Source: Adineta vaga
Taxonomy: Eukaryota > Animalia > Rotifera
DNA length: 64,000 nt
Reading direction: 5' to 3'
Assembly: GCA_021613535.1 (NCBI GenBank)
Contig: CP075492.1
Location: forward strand, 3,472,001 to 3,536,000
The notes below the pieces were generated by a model, which saw only the letters and a program-made list of their open reading frames with translations, made no database searches and was not told the DNA's origin. The position numbers and the translations under genes were made by a program. Numbering within the stretch: position 1 is the stretch's first letter; each line of letters starts with the position of its first letter. Positions 39,091 to 51,379 of this stretch are shown in pieces.

Positions 39091-40086
39091 CTATAAATTG
39101 ATATGAAAAGTGGCAACGAATCCCGGATATGCATGATCACGAAATCTTGTTTTTGTCTTCCTTTCGAGCCAAAAGAAAGTTCGAAATGTGTTTTGATTCC
39201 AGTACGACAATGGATATTCGAAAGCACCATATCGTTTGATAAATCGAATATTTAAAATGAATTTAAGAATATGTTTGCATACATTTTCTAGGAGATATTG
39301 CCATTCTCTACCAGCTGTTTCTACTGCATAATCTGTTTGTGTTACGACCAAAGATTTCAATTGTGGTACCGTTCTTAAAACTAATTCTAGTTGTTGATAA
39401 GTAAAATCTTTATCTAAATCCAGTTCCATTTTTGTGCAATTACTCAAAATGAACGATCTCGTACACATTCGAGGTGATGTACCATTACCAAATCTCAAAA
39501 ATTGCATTTGTGCATAAAATGGAAGGATTGTAATTGAACTTCTGTTAGATTGCATAGTTGTCTGAACATTGACGTCCATCATTTCATCAGAATTGATGCA
39601 AAGAACTAGATGATTTAGTGTAGAAGCTAAGTTTCTTCCTTCATAACATAGAATCTTCCATTGAGTTTCATAATTAGGGATGTTATTGTAAACGAGACTG
39701 AGTGATTTTAATGTAGTTATTTGCAGAATATCATGGAATAATTTGAGTGTAATTGGAGAAAGAAAACGAAGAGTTTGTAATTGAGTAAAAGTGTACACTG
39801 GATAGATCTCATGAAACCTTTCTATCAACATAGAATTCGCCAATGTTAATGATTTTATGTGAGACAATGATTTGATTGAGTTTAAGACTATTTCTGTGCA
39901 CCAATCGTAGTTAAAATTGTTATATAAAATCAGATGAAGATTATTTTCATTCGTTATGAGACTATCAATTCGCATATTCAGTTTGAAAAATGTACGAAAG
40001 AGGTCATATGTATTAAAATATCCAAAGATTTTCAGCCACAATTCATTTGGAAGAATTTCAATTGTATTGCGATTTATATTAGTCAT
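39091..40086 (-). CDS. F-box domain protein (degenerate LRR-like C-terminus)
   Basis: IEILPNELWLKIFGYFNTYDLFRTFFKLNMRIDSLI; single-exon 331-aa ORF. Confidence 0.75.
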   Translation of the reverse strand: MTNINRNTIEILPNELWLKIFGYFNTYDLFRTFFKLNMRIDSLITNENNLHLILYNNFNYDWCTEIVLNSIKSLSHIKSLTLANSMLIERFHEIYPVYTFTQLQTLRFLSPITLKLFHDILQITTLKSLSLVYNNIPNYETQWKILCYEGRNLASTLNHLVLCINSDEMMDVNVQTTMQSNRSSITILPFYAQMQFLRFGNGTSPRMCTRSFILSNCTKMELDLDKDFTYQQLELVLRTVPQLKSLVVTQTDYAVETAGREWQYLLENVCKHILKFILNIRFIKRYGAFEYPLSYWNQNTFRTFFWLERKTKTRFRDHAYPGFVATFHINL

Positions 40087-40464
40087 AGGGCCGTAATAAG
40101 AATCTCAAAATGTTGGATCATAAACAGAAACGTTTTCACGTTTGATAGTCCTCACAAAAGATAAGAGAAACAGTAACATATCATCAATAAGATCTTTTCG
40201 AGAAGTCTTTGCTGTGATTCATTTTAAATTGTAGAAAACGATGACCAATATATGGTTTACAACACTAGCTATAAACAACAATATAACCAGAGAGAAGCAT
40301 GAAAAGAAGTATAAATATTTACTTTAGTAGATAAAGAGACCATAATGAGTAATACATGTGACGTCAGTTAAAATGCTTGTAGAGAATGGCGAAGAACAAA
40401 ACTGAGTGTATATAAAGGTAAAAACATAATCGATATTTGCTGATAAAAGACGTCAAAGGAGGCA

Positions 40465-41274
40465 ATGCCATTTATATGGATTTTCATCGTGATATTAACT
40501 ACGATATTGATCAATTCAGTCAGATTACAAACTTTCACTTGGTCAGCACCTTTCATACAAACTATCGATGTATACAATGAATCAGCTGTTAATATTAGTT
40601 GGCGATATGATACCTCTGAAACAGAACCATCTTTTGTACTATTATCAGTAATTCTATATAAATCGAACACAAATAGTGTATATAGTTACAGTCGGTTCAT
40701 GAATGGAAAAGATCGTTTTAATTATACGTCATTGATGATAGTTGATAACAATATTTTGAAAGGCAATGCATATTATCTTGTTGTTCTTGAATACAATACA
40801 ACGTATAATTATGGAACCAATCGAACATTGACACTTTGGGGACATAGTAGATTCGAATTGTTCAAAATGGCAACAACACCCATACCTAGCAAACAGAAAT
40901 CTGTGAAGGTAACCTCAAATTCAGCTATTATTTCAACGATGTGGCCAAAAGAAATTTCTTGTTTTAAACTGGAAATGAATGCTGAACTAAATAATATGAA
41001 TACAACTTTACCAATAGAAACTGTATCCAACGAAACATATTGGATAAATAATTATCGATTTGAGAACTTATCTTCAGAAACAAACTATCGTTTAGTTACG
41101 AAATTTAAATGCAAATATGTCTCAAATGTTGAGTACAGTACATCAGTTGATTACACGGAAGGTATCCGAACTTTAAAACAAGAAGACAAACCTAATTCAG
41201 CAAATTTATCTTCGGAACAAAGGTTTTGGTTTTTCCTATGTAATTTTCTGTTATTTAATTTATTTTTTATTTGA
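40465..41274 (+). CDS. Secreted/GPI-anchored glycoprotein with FN3-like beta-sandwich domains
   Basis: Signal peptide, AVNISW, YRFENLSSETNYRL (FN3-like L.P.T.Y), many NxT/S sites, hydrophobic C-terminus. Confidence 0.65.
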   Translation: MPFIWIFIVILTTILINSVRLQTFTWSAPFIQTIDVYNESAVNISWRYDTSETEPSFVLLSVILYKSNTNSVYSYSRFMNGKDRFNYTSLMIVDNNILKGNAYYLVVLEYNTTYNYGTNRTLTLWGHSRFELFKMATTPIPSKQKSVKVTSNSAIISTMWPKEISCFKLEMNAELNNMNTTLPIETVSNETYWINNYRFENLSSETNYRLVTKFKCKYVSNVEYSTSVDYTEGIRTLKQEDKPNSANLSSEQRFWFFLCNFLLFNLFFI

Positions 41275-41553
41275 TAATATTTCGAAAAAATTGAACATAA
41301 AATAAGAAAATTATATGAGATTAATATTATTTACCTCGAAGTCCAATCTTTATTGTCCTGCTTATGAAGATAATTTCCGTTTTCCCAAAGAAAGGGTTAT
41401 ATACTTGAGGAAACTGGTAAAAGTTCGTTCGGTTATTTGATTGTCCTAGTTAATCAGCTTGCAGCTAATGTCCATTCTACGAAATCAAGGAACTTGAGTA
41501 CGACATTAGTTTCTCGAAGCTTTTTAAGTAAAGGATATGCGTTGCTTTTTTTA

Positions 41554-42653
41554 TTACTGAATATTCTCATAATGACAATCATTTCGTATTTTTCTGCAAT
41601 TAAAAATGAATTCTTTGAATGTACCGAATGGTTTCGTTGAATATTTCAAATAATTTTTTTCGATATGTTTTTGATACCAATGTATAGAGAAAAAAAGTGA
41701 TCTAAAAATAAAAATAATATCGAATTAATGAAGCGATATTATCGAACAAAACATACCGCACTATAAGTATAGAGTAAAAGTAAACCAGTATTATTGATAA
41801 ATGAATCAATAGCATTTTGATCCGAACTTTTTCTTTGTGAACTTGTTAAAAGAGAATAAAGTGGATACATTGTTGATGTCATACTTAATAGAACATAAAA
41901 TATCACTTGAACAAAAGAAATTTTAATTAATTGATTTTCATAACGACGACGATTAATATTTTGAGTGAATAAAACAACGGTTAATGATAAATTATTTGAC
42001 ACAGTTGGTTGAACTCGACGACGATGACAAGAACCGCGAACATTATACAAAGTTAATATACTAAATAAGGTTAGAATAATAAATGGTATAATTGATGAAA
42101 TAGTTATTTGTATGGCATAGAATAGAGCATAAACAGAATCTAATGGAGCCGTACAACCACGTGTTGGTGTTATTTCATAACCAATAAGAGCATGACTACT
42201 AAATATCAGCCAAAAAAGTGTACTTAGACACATGCTCCAACGAGTAATACACGGTGAACTTAGTTTTCTAATTGATTCATGTTTTGATGTTATCATCCAT
42301 CGATCAATTGTAATTAAACAAAGAAATTGACGAAGAAGTCCAAGACTAAATACGTAAAGATACACTCGAATTTTACAAAGTGAAACAAATATTCGACCAA
42401 GATCATAATTAGTTGGATAGGTTATTATTCTTGTTAATGCCAAACTATTGAAAAATACAATTTGAATTATTGACATTCCAATTAAATATTGTGAACATAA
42501 ATTTGAACGTAAACGTCGATGAGAAAAAATGATGATATTGAAAATATTTCCCAAAATTCCAATAACATAAATTGGTGTTAAATAATAGATAACAAGTTTC
42601 GTGGAAAGGTCAGATAGATAAGCAGAAAATATTGTGGACATGATAATATCCAA
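41554..42653 (-). CDS. Rhodopsin-like GPCR
   Basis: GILGNIFNIIIF, LRSNLCSQYL, LCKIRVY, CLITIDRW; intron at ~41702-41756; last exon ITFFLYTLVSKTYR. The exact stop is uncertain (possible frameshift). Confidence 0.85.
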
Positions 42654-42987
42654 ATGTGAAATAATAACTAATGTCTTTATACAACAATTTTCTCGTGATA
42701 ATCTTATTTTATTATCACTTTGGGTTATAAAGAAAAGATTTTTATTTTATGTTATTAAAATAACATCATGTAGATGAAAAGAATATGACAAAGAAACTCT
42801 GGGAAGAGAAGTTCAAACAACATGTAGTATGACATTATTGACAAAATCTCGAAAGAAAAATTCTAAATAAGAATCAGAATTGAAATATAAAGAAGTACAA
42901 CGTTTGATTGCTATAAGATTCCTTCTATATTTCTATAAATTAACAATGAAATAAATTTCTAACACGATTCTGACGAACACAAGATTA

Positions 42988-43800
42988 TTATTTTTTCCTG
43001 GAAGAAAAGAAAAGAGGTTTGAAAAAGACCGAGACAATTATATTAATTGGAAGAACACATAAACATCTCCAAAAGCAACACTGCATGAGCCACTTCCCGA
43101 AACCAGACTTTTCCAACAATATTGTTCGAACATCAGGCACCGATGGAGAAACAAGCATTTCGGAACTTTGATTTCGTAGATGAAGACTGGGTGATGCTGT
43201 AGGTAGTGACTCTGGTTGTTTTCTATAAAGCATCGGTTGTATTACAGGAATAAAAGCTGATTGTTGTTCAATTATGGTATATGAAATGGATGAACATGTT
43301 TTGTCTGAAATGATAAACAGTTTCCAACTGATCCAAAAGTGATTCATTTGCTCGATTTCAATCATCACACGATTTAATGCACCAGAAAAATGAATATCTT
43401 GATCTAAATTCTGTGATATTCGTTTATAGCCAATATCTCTTCTTAGTTCATCACATCATTTCATACTCTGTTTTTCAATATGAATGTCAATTGGATCCGT
43501 ACAAGTATGTTCATTTTCTATAATGAAGAGAGAAAACATTCGTTTGATAAATGCAGCAATGAAGTTTTTTCGATATTTTTCATAATTCATCAAATTCAAT
43601 AACACTATATGATTAAAGTAATTGTCAATATCTAATGTTTTCATCATCTGGTTGAAATATTAGTACAGTTCATTATCAATTAATCGTTTACTAACACGTT
43701 GAGCATACTTTGCCAATCTTTTCGTTAAAAGCCATGTTCTCGATTAATCATAATAAAAAAATATTTCCTCATATTTGTTCATTTGAAAGAGTGCTTTTCC
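42988..43800 (-). pseudogene. Decayed gene of unknown family
   Basis: ORFs 43456-43647 and 42988-43368 are in the same frame, separated by a TGA (43456); another in-frame TAA lies at ~43662; C-terminal Cys/hydrophobic segment. Confidence 0.45.
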
Positions 43801-44425
43801 AACATTAATTAACTACCTACTTCAATTTAATCACCCTAGAAATTGTGTTCCGCTTACCTGTCAATATTCAATAGCTACGTTCTCTATACTCATTAATGCA
43901 ACCCTATAATTTGATCATTATATACACCTTTTACAGTACGCTCATTTCAAACAGTAATGACAAATATAATTCATAAACTCAATTTTTTTTTCCAAACATC
44001 CTTCATCCTATAATAACAAAAAAAACGAATTTGAAGTCACAAAACGAGTCTTCAATGGTATGCGAAGAAAAAGCTGAATCGTGGACAACGACTGATAACT
44101 TATTCAATTCTTTATAACTCCTTGACAAAAAAAATCCTAAATAAATCCAAATACACTAAAAAATACATCAAAAACAAAATTTATAAGTAATTGTAGATAA
44201 TACAACCAAAAAATTCAAAATATTACAGACATAAATGAAATGACATAAGAATTTACAACTAATTCAATCATAAATGATATTGATGTAATCAATAATAACA
44301 GAACAACAGATTCAACAACATTAGATAATCGATACTTATATGAAAGACTAACATTAACAGAATATAATAATACTCAAAAGACAAATATAGAACATTATGA
44401 ATCAAACACATCATCAACGTAACAA

Positions 44426-45445
44426 TTGAAAAGAAATATAACAACAACAACAAGAAATGGTGAAATAGATGAAGAATCAACAACAATATCGACTAGATGG
44501 AATAAAGAATTAACAACAGGAATTGCTGGAACAAATGAAGAATCAATAACAACATCAACTAGAATGCACAAAGAAACAACAAGAACAGATGGAATAGGTG
44601 AAATAATAGCAAGAAGAACAAAAACAACTGAGACAAGAACAAGAAATGAACCTATAAAAAGATTGTCAACAGCAATTTCTAATTCGATATTATCAGAAAA
44701 GAAACTTATTGAAACAAAATCAATGACATCAACAATAGCACATAAAGATGTATCTATAGATAATGTTCAAACTATAACATCAACACATATAACACCAAAG
44801 TCAAGAAGAAAAAGAGAAAAGAAAATTGAGAAAAGATTGTTAACATTAACAGCTACCAATTTGAATTCTTTAACTGAAAATATAAGTACAACAAGATTGA
44901 CAACAAGAAAAATAACAACAGTATCAAATATAACACGACATGAAAAATTAAAAATACCATCAACAAAATCCACTATGTCTGAATCAACAATAATAAAAAA
45001 TGAAGATATATCAGAAACATCATCAGATATAAATGAATTACCATTTGATCTCTGTTTTACCATAGAGAATAAATGTAAAACACCATCATGCACAACAACG
45101 GACGAATCACATTTTTATAATACAAGAAAAACCGAAAAATCATCTTCAGTAACAAGAGAATCGATAACATCACCAAGAGTAACATTGACAGAAAAAACTA
45201 CAGCAACAACAACAACAAAAATGGAAAAACCAATAACATCAGCATTATTAAGAAAAGTAGCTGGTATAAGAGATGAAACTGAACTAACAACAATAGGAGA
45301 AGAAACAAATACAACAGCAGAGTCATCAACACGGAATAAATCAATATCAACTACAAGTTCACCAAATGATAAAAGGAAAACAAACATATCAATAGAAAAA
45401 ACAATCGGATTAAAAGCAGAAGAAAGAAGAACAACATATGATTGA
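44426..45445 (+). CDS. Thr/Ser/Lys/Glu-rich low-complexity (mucin-stalk-like) ORF
   Basis: 339-codon open frame with degenerate repeats (EESTTISTRWNKE / EESITTSTRMHKE). No ATG start and no signal peptide visible; may be a decayed exon. Confidence 0.4.
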   Translation: MKRNITTTTRNGEIDEESTTISTRWNKELTTGIAGTNEESITTSTRMHKETTRTDGIGEIIARRTKTTETRTRNEPIKRLSTAISNSILSEKKLIETKSMTSTIAHKDVSIDNVQTITSTHITPKSRRKREKKIEKRLLTLTATNLNSLTENISTTRLTTRKITTVSNITRHEKLKIPSTKSTMSESTIIKNEDISETSSDINELPFDLCFTIENKCKTPSCTTTDESHFYNTRKTEKSSSVTRESITSPRVTLTEKTTATTTTKMEKPITSALLRKVAGIRDETELTTIGEETNTTAESSTRNKSISTTSSPNDKRKTNISIEKTIGLKAEERRTTYD

Positions 45446-46093
45446 TTGGGAAAATACAAGAGTTGTTTGGTCAGATAATGAACCACACAAATTGTTAATT
45501 AAGGCATCAATTTTAATAACAACATACCAACCTGTGTTAAATAGAACCACGCATTCGGTTCCACTATACATTTTTCTAAACGGAATTAAAAGAAAATTCC
45601 TCCCTAAACTATAAGAAAAAGAAAGATATCTTCATTTATTATCACAAGGAAAATATTTTCTCCTCTCTTTATCCTCATACAACTGAATAGTTATCTAATA
45701 TAATCTATGTATCATTATTTATATCTACAAGTTTCTTATATCAATTGTTAAATAATGATAATTTTAATTCTCTGTTTTATTTCCTCCTTCCTATCTCTAC
45801 TCTTTTCAAACGGTAAAATAACTTTTGTAAAAGACATATGTGCGTTATTTGTCAAACATACACCTTTGTAATCTGTGAAAATGATTCTCTAAAGAATCGA
45901 AACATTGATAGAAATAAATTTATAAAAATTTATTCAAAAGAATTTATATATATATATATCTGCTGTGATTCAGTTATTTTATAGAGTGTATATAGTTTTG
46001 GTACAAGTGACTCGTGGAGGAAAAGATTGATTTTTGTCAAAATACTGTGAAAGTCAAGAGAAATTCAATTCTTCACGCACTTGAGTTCGCTAG

Positions 46094-46672
46094 CTAGTAG
46101 CTACGATATCCATGTTCACGTTCCCAATCACTAAGAACATATTTTGTATTGCAGAATAATAGGATACTAACAATGATTTTTGGAACTATCAATATATAAT
46201 TACAGACAAGCATCGCAATTGTAATCTGGTACACTGTCTTGTCACAATAGTTTGACTTTTCTCTCGTCTCATCATAAATGACTCGTGAGTAAATACTAAA
46301 CGTCCAAATACTACCAAGAATCAACCAAACTAGAAAACACGTCCAGGCCAGAATAATAAAGATGATTATAATGGATTGTGCACAAATCACCACGATTCGT
46401 GACGAAAGAGTTGAAATCAATTTTATCTGTACCAAAAACAAAGAGTATAATACCATGATAAAAGCCAAATCCAAAATACTGAGAACGTAAGGAAATAGTA
46501 GAATTCGTGGTTTAATGGAGCAATCATTTGCATAGTAAAGACTGAAAACAATCTCCAAAGTCGGTATAATGATACCAACAACCAGCACTGGCCTGTGGTT
46601 TGCCATACAGCAGGCAGCAAAAATGCAGAAAGTGTAGATGAAGCCTCTATAACCGTCGCTACCAGCTCCCAT
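46094..46672 (-). CDS. TMEM272-like four-TM protein, intronless
   Basis: Y.NDCSIKPRI, FLVWLILGSIWTFSIY, NYCDKTVY motifs; 4 hydrophobic helices. Confidence 0.7.
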   Translation of the reverse strand: MGAGSDGYRGFIYTFCIFAACCMANHRPVLVVGIIIPTLEIVFSLYYANDCSIKPRILLFPYVLSILDLAFIMVLYSLFLVQIKLISTLSSRIVVICAQSIIIIFIILAWTCFLVWLILGSIWTFSIYSRVIYDETREKSNYCDKTVYQITIAMLVCNYILIVPKIIVSILLFCNTKYVLSDWEREHGYRSY

Positions 46673-46691
46673 CGTGATCGTGAGTATATAT

Positions 46692-47366
46692 TGTGACGAT
46701 TTTTGATGGAGGAGATTTATGCGCTGATGGAACTACGCGTTTATTAATTTCTTCCTCTTGAATTGCATCGTTATGATACAAAACACACGCTTATATAATC
46801 TTCTGTTAAAGAGAAGGAAAGGAAAGATAATAACGAAGTAAGGACAAACAGCATGCGTACATCGCATGTAAGCGAAAGCGTCACACTCCCGGATCAAAAT
46901 TGAACGCCCTCCCGAGCGTCCGTAACATCAGACGAGAGGGATAAAAGAAAGGAAGAGAAAAACGACAGAAGAAGCATAACAATGTATGTGACGCTCTCGC
47001 TTACATGCGCTGTACACATGCTTAGAGGTGTAAGCCGTGAGAATGAGCCACCGCCGCTGCCGATCTTCGAGAAAAAAATACAGCCAGAAGTTGAGCCACA
47101 GCTGTCGGAAATCCCAAATTTTTCGCGCCGCCACTGCCAAAGGATAAAAAATAAAGATCTCGAGCCCCTGCCATCGATCTACTCGTCGGCTTACACCTCT
47201 ACGCATGCTGTTTGTCCTTACTTCGGTATTACCTTTCCTTTCCTTCTCTTTAACAGAAGAGTATATAAGCGTGTGTTGTGTATCATAACAATGCGAGTTA
47301 AGAAGAAGAATTAAATAAAAGCGTAATTCCATCGCGCATACATATCTTCCAACAAAAATCGTCACA
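46692..47366. mobile_element. Non-autonomous foldback element with ~194-bp inverted arms, each arm TGTGACG...CGTCACA (Ginger-like TIRs or inverted LTR-like units)
   Basis: 46692-46885 is the reverse complement (diverged) of 46987-47366 after removing the nested MITE; 101-bp spacer; TATA/ATAT flanks. Confidence 0.8.
47023..47201. mobile_element. hAT-like MITE (179 bp)
   Basis: Perfect 15-bp TIRs TAGAGGTGTAAGCCG / CGGCTTACACCTCTA; 8-bp TSD CACATGCT / CGCATGCT (7/8 match); internal GAGCC/GCCG subterminal motifs. Confidence 0.85.
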
Positions 47367-48720
47367 TATATACCTATGGCTATGAGCAACAAATACAAAT
47401 GTTTCAAACTTGATAATTGAAATATTTTTGAAAATGGTTCTAAAAACAAGTTAACGTTTAGTATAAAGGAAGTGAAGTCGTTAAAAATATTTTTGTTTAT
47501 ATATAAGACAGTAGTATATTTATTCGTTTTTTGTACATCAATGCGTTTTGCTTATTTTATCGTTCGAAGACATCGATTTGTATTAACGAAGAATTTATTA
47601 CCTATATGTTTTTCGTGTTCTTCAACAACAATGACTAATAGCTATGCTTCTTATCACTTTGCATGCTCTTCCAACGAAAAAGAAGGATAATAAAAAACTG
47701 TTTCGAATTAAAGATCATTTTTATTATAGAGGCCTTTTCAAAGTACATGGATGTGTGTATAAATTCATTCTACTTATTTTCTCACAACACCTGTTTATGA
47801 ATTGAAGTTTTAAGCAAATTAAATAAACACAATATAAGAAAATATAAGATTATTTATCATATAGAAAAGCAACAAACAAACTTCCACAGAGAGAGCGGAT
47901 GACGATGTCAGTATATAGATAATATACTTATATGTTTGAAATAAGAAATAATTCGAACAACATCGGGTATCTTTCTTATTTATTACTAAAACAAGGGAAA
48001 ATATATGAGGCTATGAGAACAGAAAAAGAGATTTCTTTTTTCAAATAATCAATGAAATTACGTAGACAGGTAAGATTTCAATGTGCTTAGCTCTTTTGTT
48101 TTCTTTCTTTCAATCTTTTCTCTCCCAGTGATAACGCATTTTTATGAGTAGTAAAGACTTGTAAGTGGGCTTTTTCTCATTCACTAATTCAACGAGTGAG
48201 GAATACTTTTTGCAACGTCAGTAAACAGGAGATTACAAAATTCGACAAAGTTGATATTTATACGAAACAAGTAAGAACTTTTACGTTGAATATTTCTTAA
48301 TTGCCTAAACCATATCGATGTTACTTCTCCATTACATTATATTCTCTTTTACGCTCCTGAAAGGGTGTATGTGGATGAGGATAATGTCTTGTTCATCTAT
48401 AGTTTCAGGGTGGCACGAACGAGTATGAAAATTTCAATAGTGGGATGTTTGAATTGAACTTTCGACTATTAGATCAATGTGAATTCCTTAGACTCTTCTC
48501 ATTCTATTAATTATTTAAGTTCATAGTAGTTTGTTTTATTTGAGTGATTGCAAATATGATTTTCGATCCAGGGTGCCTCAAAAGTTCGTAATTCACTGGA
48601 TTCAACAGCTCTCCTTTTCTAGATTATTACTATTTTTGTGCCTTATATTCTTTAATCGTTGGTAAAATTGATTAGGTTTTTAACAAAGAAAAGTGACTAA
48701 CAGTCTTCTTAGTGGTGAAA

Positions 48721-50837
48721 ATGTCTCTTCTTGTTATTCCTCCAGAATTGATTCATCATGTATTTGATTATTGTGATGCTCAAACAATTCTATTTTCGGT
48801 TCGTTCTGTCTGCAAAAGGCTTCATGAGATTGCCAATACATATGATCGATTAAATCTCAGATTCGACTTAAGATCTTTTGATTCTATGGAACGAATATCT
48901 CGTATTATTCAACCGGAAAATGTTTCTTCATTGATTCTTTGGAATGATCATTTAATAGTCATTCGAATTGAATCGTTTATTTCATTGTTTAATATTAATC
49001 GATTCACTAAACTTCGTTCATTAACACTGTCGAATCAAAAACAATGACATCAGATATATTCTAGAACATCTCAATAAAGATAATCTTATTTCACTTTCAA
49101 TTCAAAGCGATCGTGCAGACTATGCAATAATGTGGAGTCTTATTTCATCAGCTCTTCTTCAATGTAATCTTCAAAAGTTATCTATGAATAGTATAGATTA
49201 TAAGAGAGAATATTTAACATGGTCAGACAAATGGAAATTGGTTTATTTAACAATTCAAGATTGTACGTATGATGAATATCTGAATATTCTTCGTGATTTA
49301 CCCAATTTACGAACATTGATCATGCGACAATGCATTTTTAAAGATCTGATCAATAAGCTATCGTTGCCATCTGCATCTCCATTCCATTCTTCTTTAATGT
49401 ATATGACCATCGCCGATTATTCTATCTCACGAGATGACTTTGCACTGATGTTGCGAGCAACATCTTCACTGAAACATCTCAAATTAATTTCATTTCGAAA
49501 CACGTTGAATTATGTATTTGATGGATCTTTGTGGCATGAATTCTTTCAGAGTAAGCTGCCCACATTAGATCGATTTGAATTTTTCTTCTCGTACAGCTAT
49601 CGACATGAAGGAAATCGAAAATTCACTACGCTCGAATCAATCATGACTCCATTTCGTCTCCAAAAAAGATGCTCCTTTGTTACTTGCACTTACGTTCCAA
49701 AATACCGTGAGATTTGGCTTTACACGACACCATTATGTATTCACGTTGACGACAAGTGTCCGATAAGATGTGAAGTATCATGGATTGATGACATCTGCTG
49801 CATCACTCAACGACCAATCGATAGAATGAATGATACTACTGCAAATGTGGTATGTTCAACAAAATTTTCTACGTATAAAATGATAGTTTAATACAATATC
49901 TTTCAATATAGACACCATTGACTGTACTTGATATTGGTGAATTTAGAATTGAAAGGCAAGAAGCACGACATCTGGCTGATGCCTTACGTCATAACACGGT
50001 AAATCTACATCACTTTCTTCTGTATTTATCGTATCTAGTTCTATAAATATGTAGACAATTACTTCATTAGATTTACTCGGCAATAATATACAAGATGAAG
50101 GAGTACAATATCTTGCTGATGCTTTAGAACATAACCAAGTAACTTATCGGCTTCCTCTTTTTCTTTACTCCCTGTGCTATTTATATTTTTCTCTACAGAC
50201 AATCAGCAGTGTAAATCTTCTTCGCACTAATATGGGGGATCGTGGAGCACAATATCTTGCAAAAGTTCTGCATAACAATCCGGTAATTTTTCCTTTCATC
50301 TGCTTTTTCATCGCTAGTGTACATGCTTTACATAGACATTGATCTCACTAAATATCCTTTGCAACAAAATCACGGGAGAAGGAGCACTATATCTTGCTAA
50401 CGCTCTGCAAGACAATACAGTAGGTCTATTCTTCTATGTATTTATCTTTGATGTTTTTATCTACTCATACAGAAACTCACCACATTGTATCTTTGGAATA
50501 ATGAAATCGGAGACGAAGGAGCACGATATTTCTCTACTACCCTACAACAGAATATGGTGATTTACCGTCTTTCTTTTTTTCTTTATCTTGTTTATCTCTA
50601 TCTTTCCATTACAGACATTGGAAATACTTGGTTTAAGTGGAAATAAAATTGGACACGAAGGGATGCAGCAGCTCGCCGATGCCTTAGCATATAATACGGT
50701 AATTCTATTTTTCTTCTCGTTCTCTTTATTTCTTACTTCACATATAGACTCTTAAACAGCTATGGCTTTGGAACAACGAGATTTCGTTAGCAGCACAACA
50801 AAATTTCAGAGAACAAGATAGCCGAATACAATGTTGA
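48721..50837 (+). pseudogene. F-box-like + LRR protein with 84-nt LRR exons; frameshift near 49030
   Basis: LLVIPPELIHHVFDYCD; the frame shifts at ~49030 into RIKNNDIRYILEHL...MWSLISSA; then ~6 LRR exons (e.g. TITSLDLLGNNIQDEGVQYLADALEHNQ); TGA at 50835-50837. Confidence 0.75.
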
Positions 50838-50940
50838 TTGTATTTTGGATGTATGATAAAAATAAGTTTAATCATGAAATCATATTCTCCTAATCAAGGA
50901 TGACGATGTAAAAAATTTCTGACATTGTGTAATGAAAAAC

Positions 50941-50964
50941 ATATATATATATATATATATATAT
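50941..50964. repeat. (AT)n microsatellite
   Basis: Read directly. Confidence 0.9.
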
Positions 50965-51379
50965 GTATAGAAACGTTCATATGATACAATGTATTGTTAC
51001 TATATGTTAATTTCCGTAATAAAATAAAAGAGAAATATAACCGCATATCATTTTAGTTAGAAAAGAAAAAGTATTCTAACAGAATGTTATTACGATTGAC
51101 AGTTATTTTTCAATTCTGTTTCGAATTCCTATTCAATATCTCAGCGAATGTAAATAAGACTGCTCAAATAGATCCAAACAATTAATCTCCAACCATTAAC
51201 TACTTTATTTCCTGTTTAATCAGGGAAATATAATAGTGTCTCAATTTTATGGTAAAATTGATGAAATAACAATTTTTTACACGAGAGTATGATTATAGAT
51301 ATTTATTTCTTTGTGATAATAAAAAAACGCTTTAATTGTTGTGAATGTCGATATCGTATGCGCCAGTCATTCATTTTAT

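Noticed and set aside
44767-45486. Hydrophobic minus-strand ORFs (also 9230-9421, 8894-9106, 57756-57968)
   Set aside because: Antisense shadows of Thr/Ser-rich coding sequence.
46720-46760. Hammerhead motif (CTGATGG) suggesting Penelope pLTRs
   Set aside because: The core is mismatched, there is no downstream GAAA or stems, and it is not conserved in the other arm.
46928-47449. ORFs 46928-47449(-) and 46982-47314(+)
   Set aside because: They lie across the foldback and MITE and are chance frames in GC-richer TE sequence.
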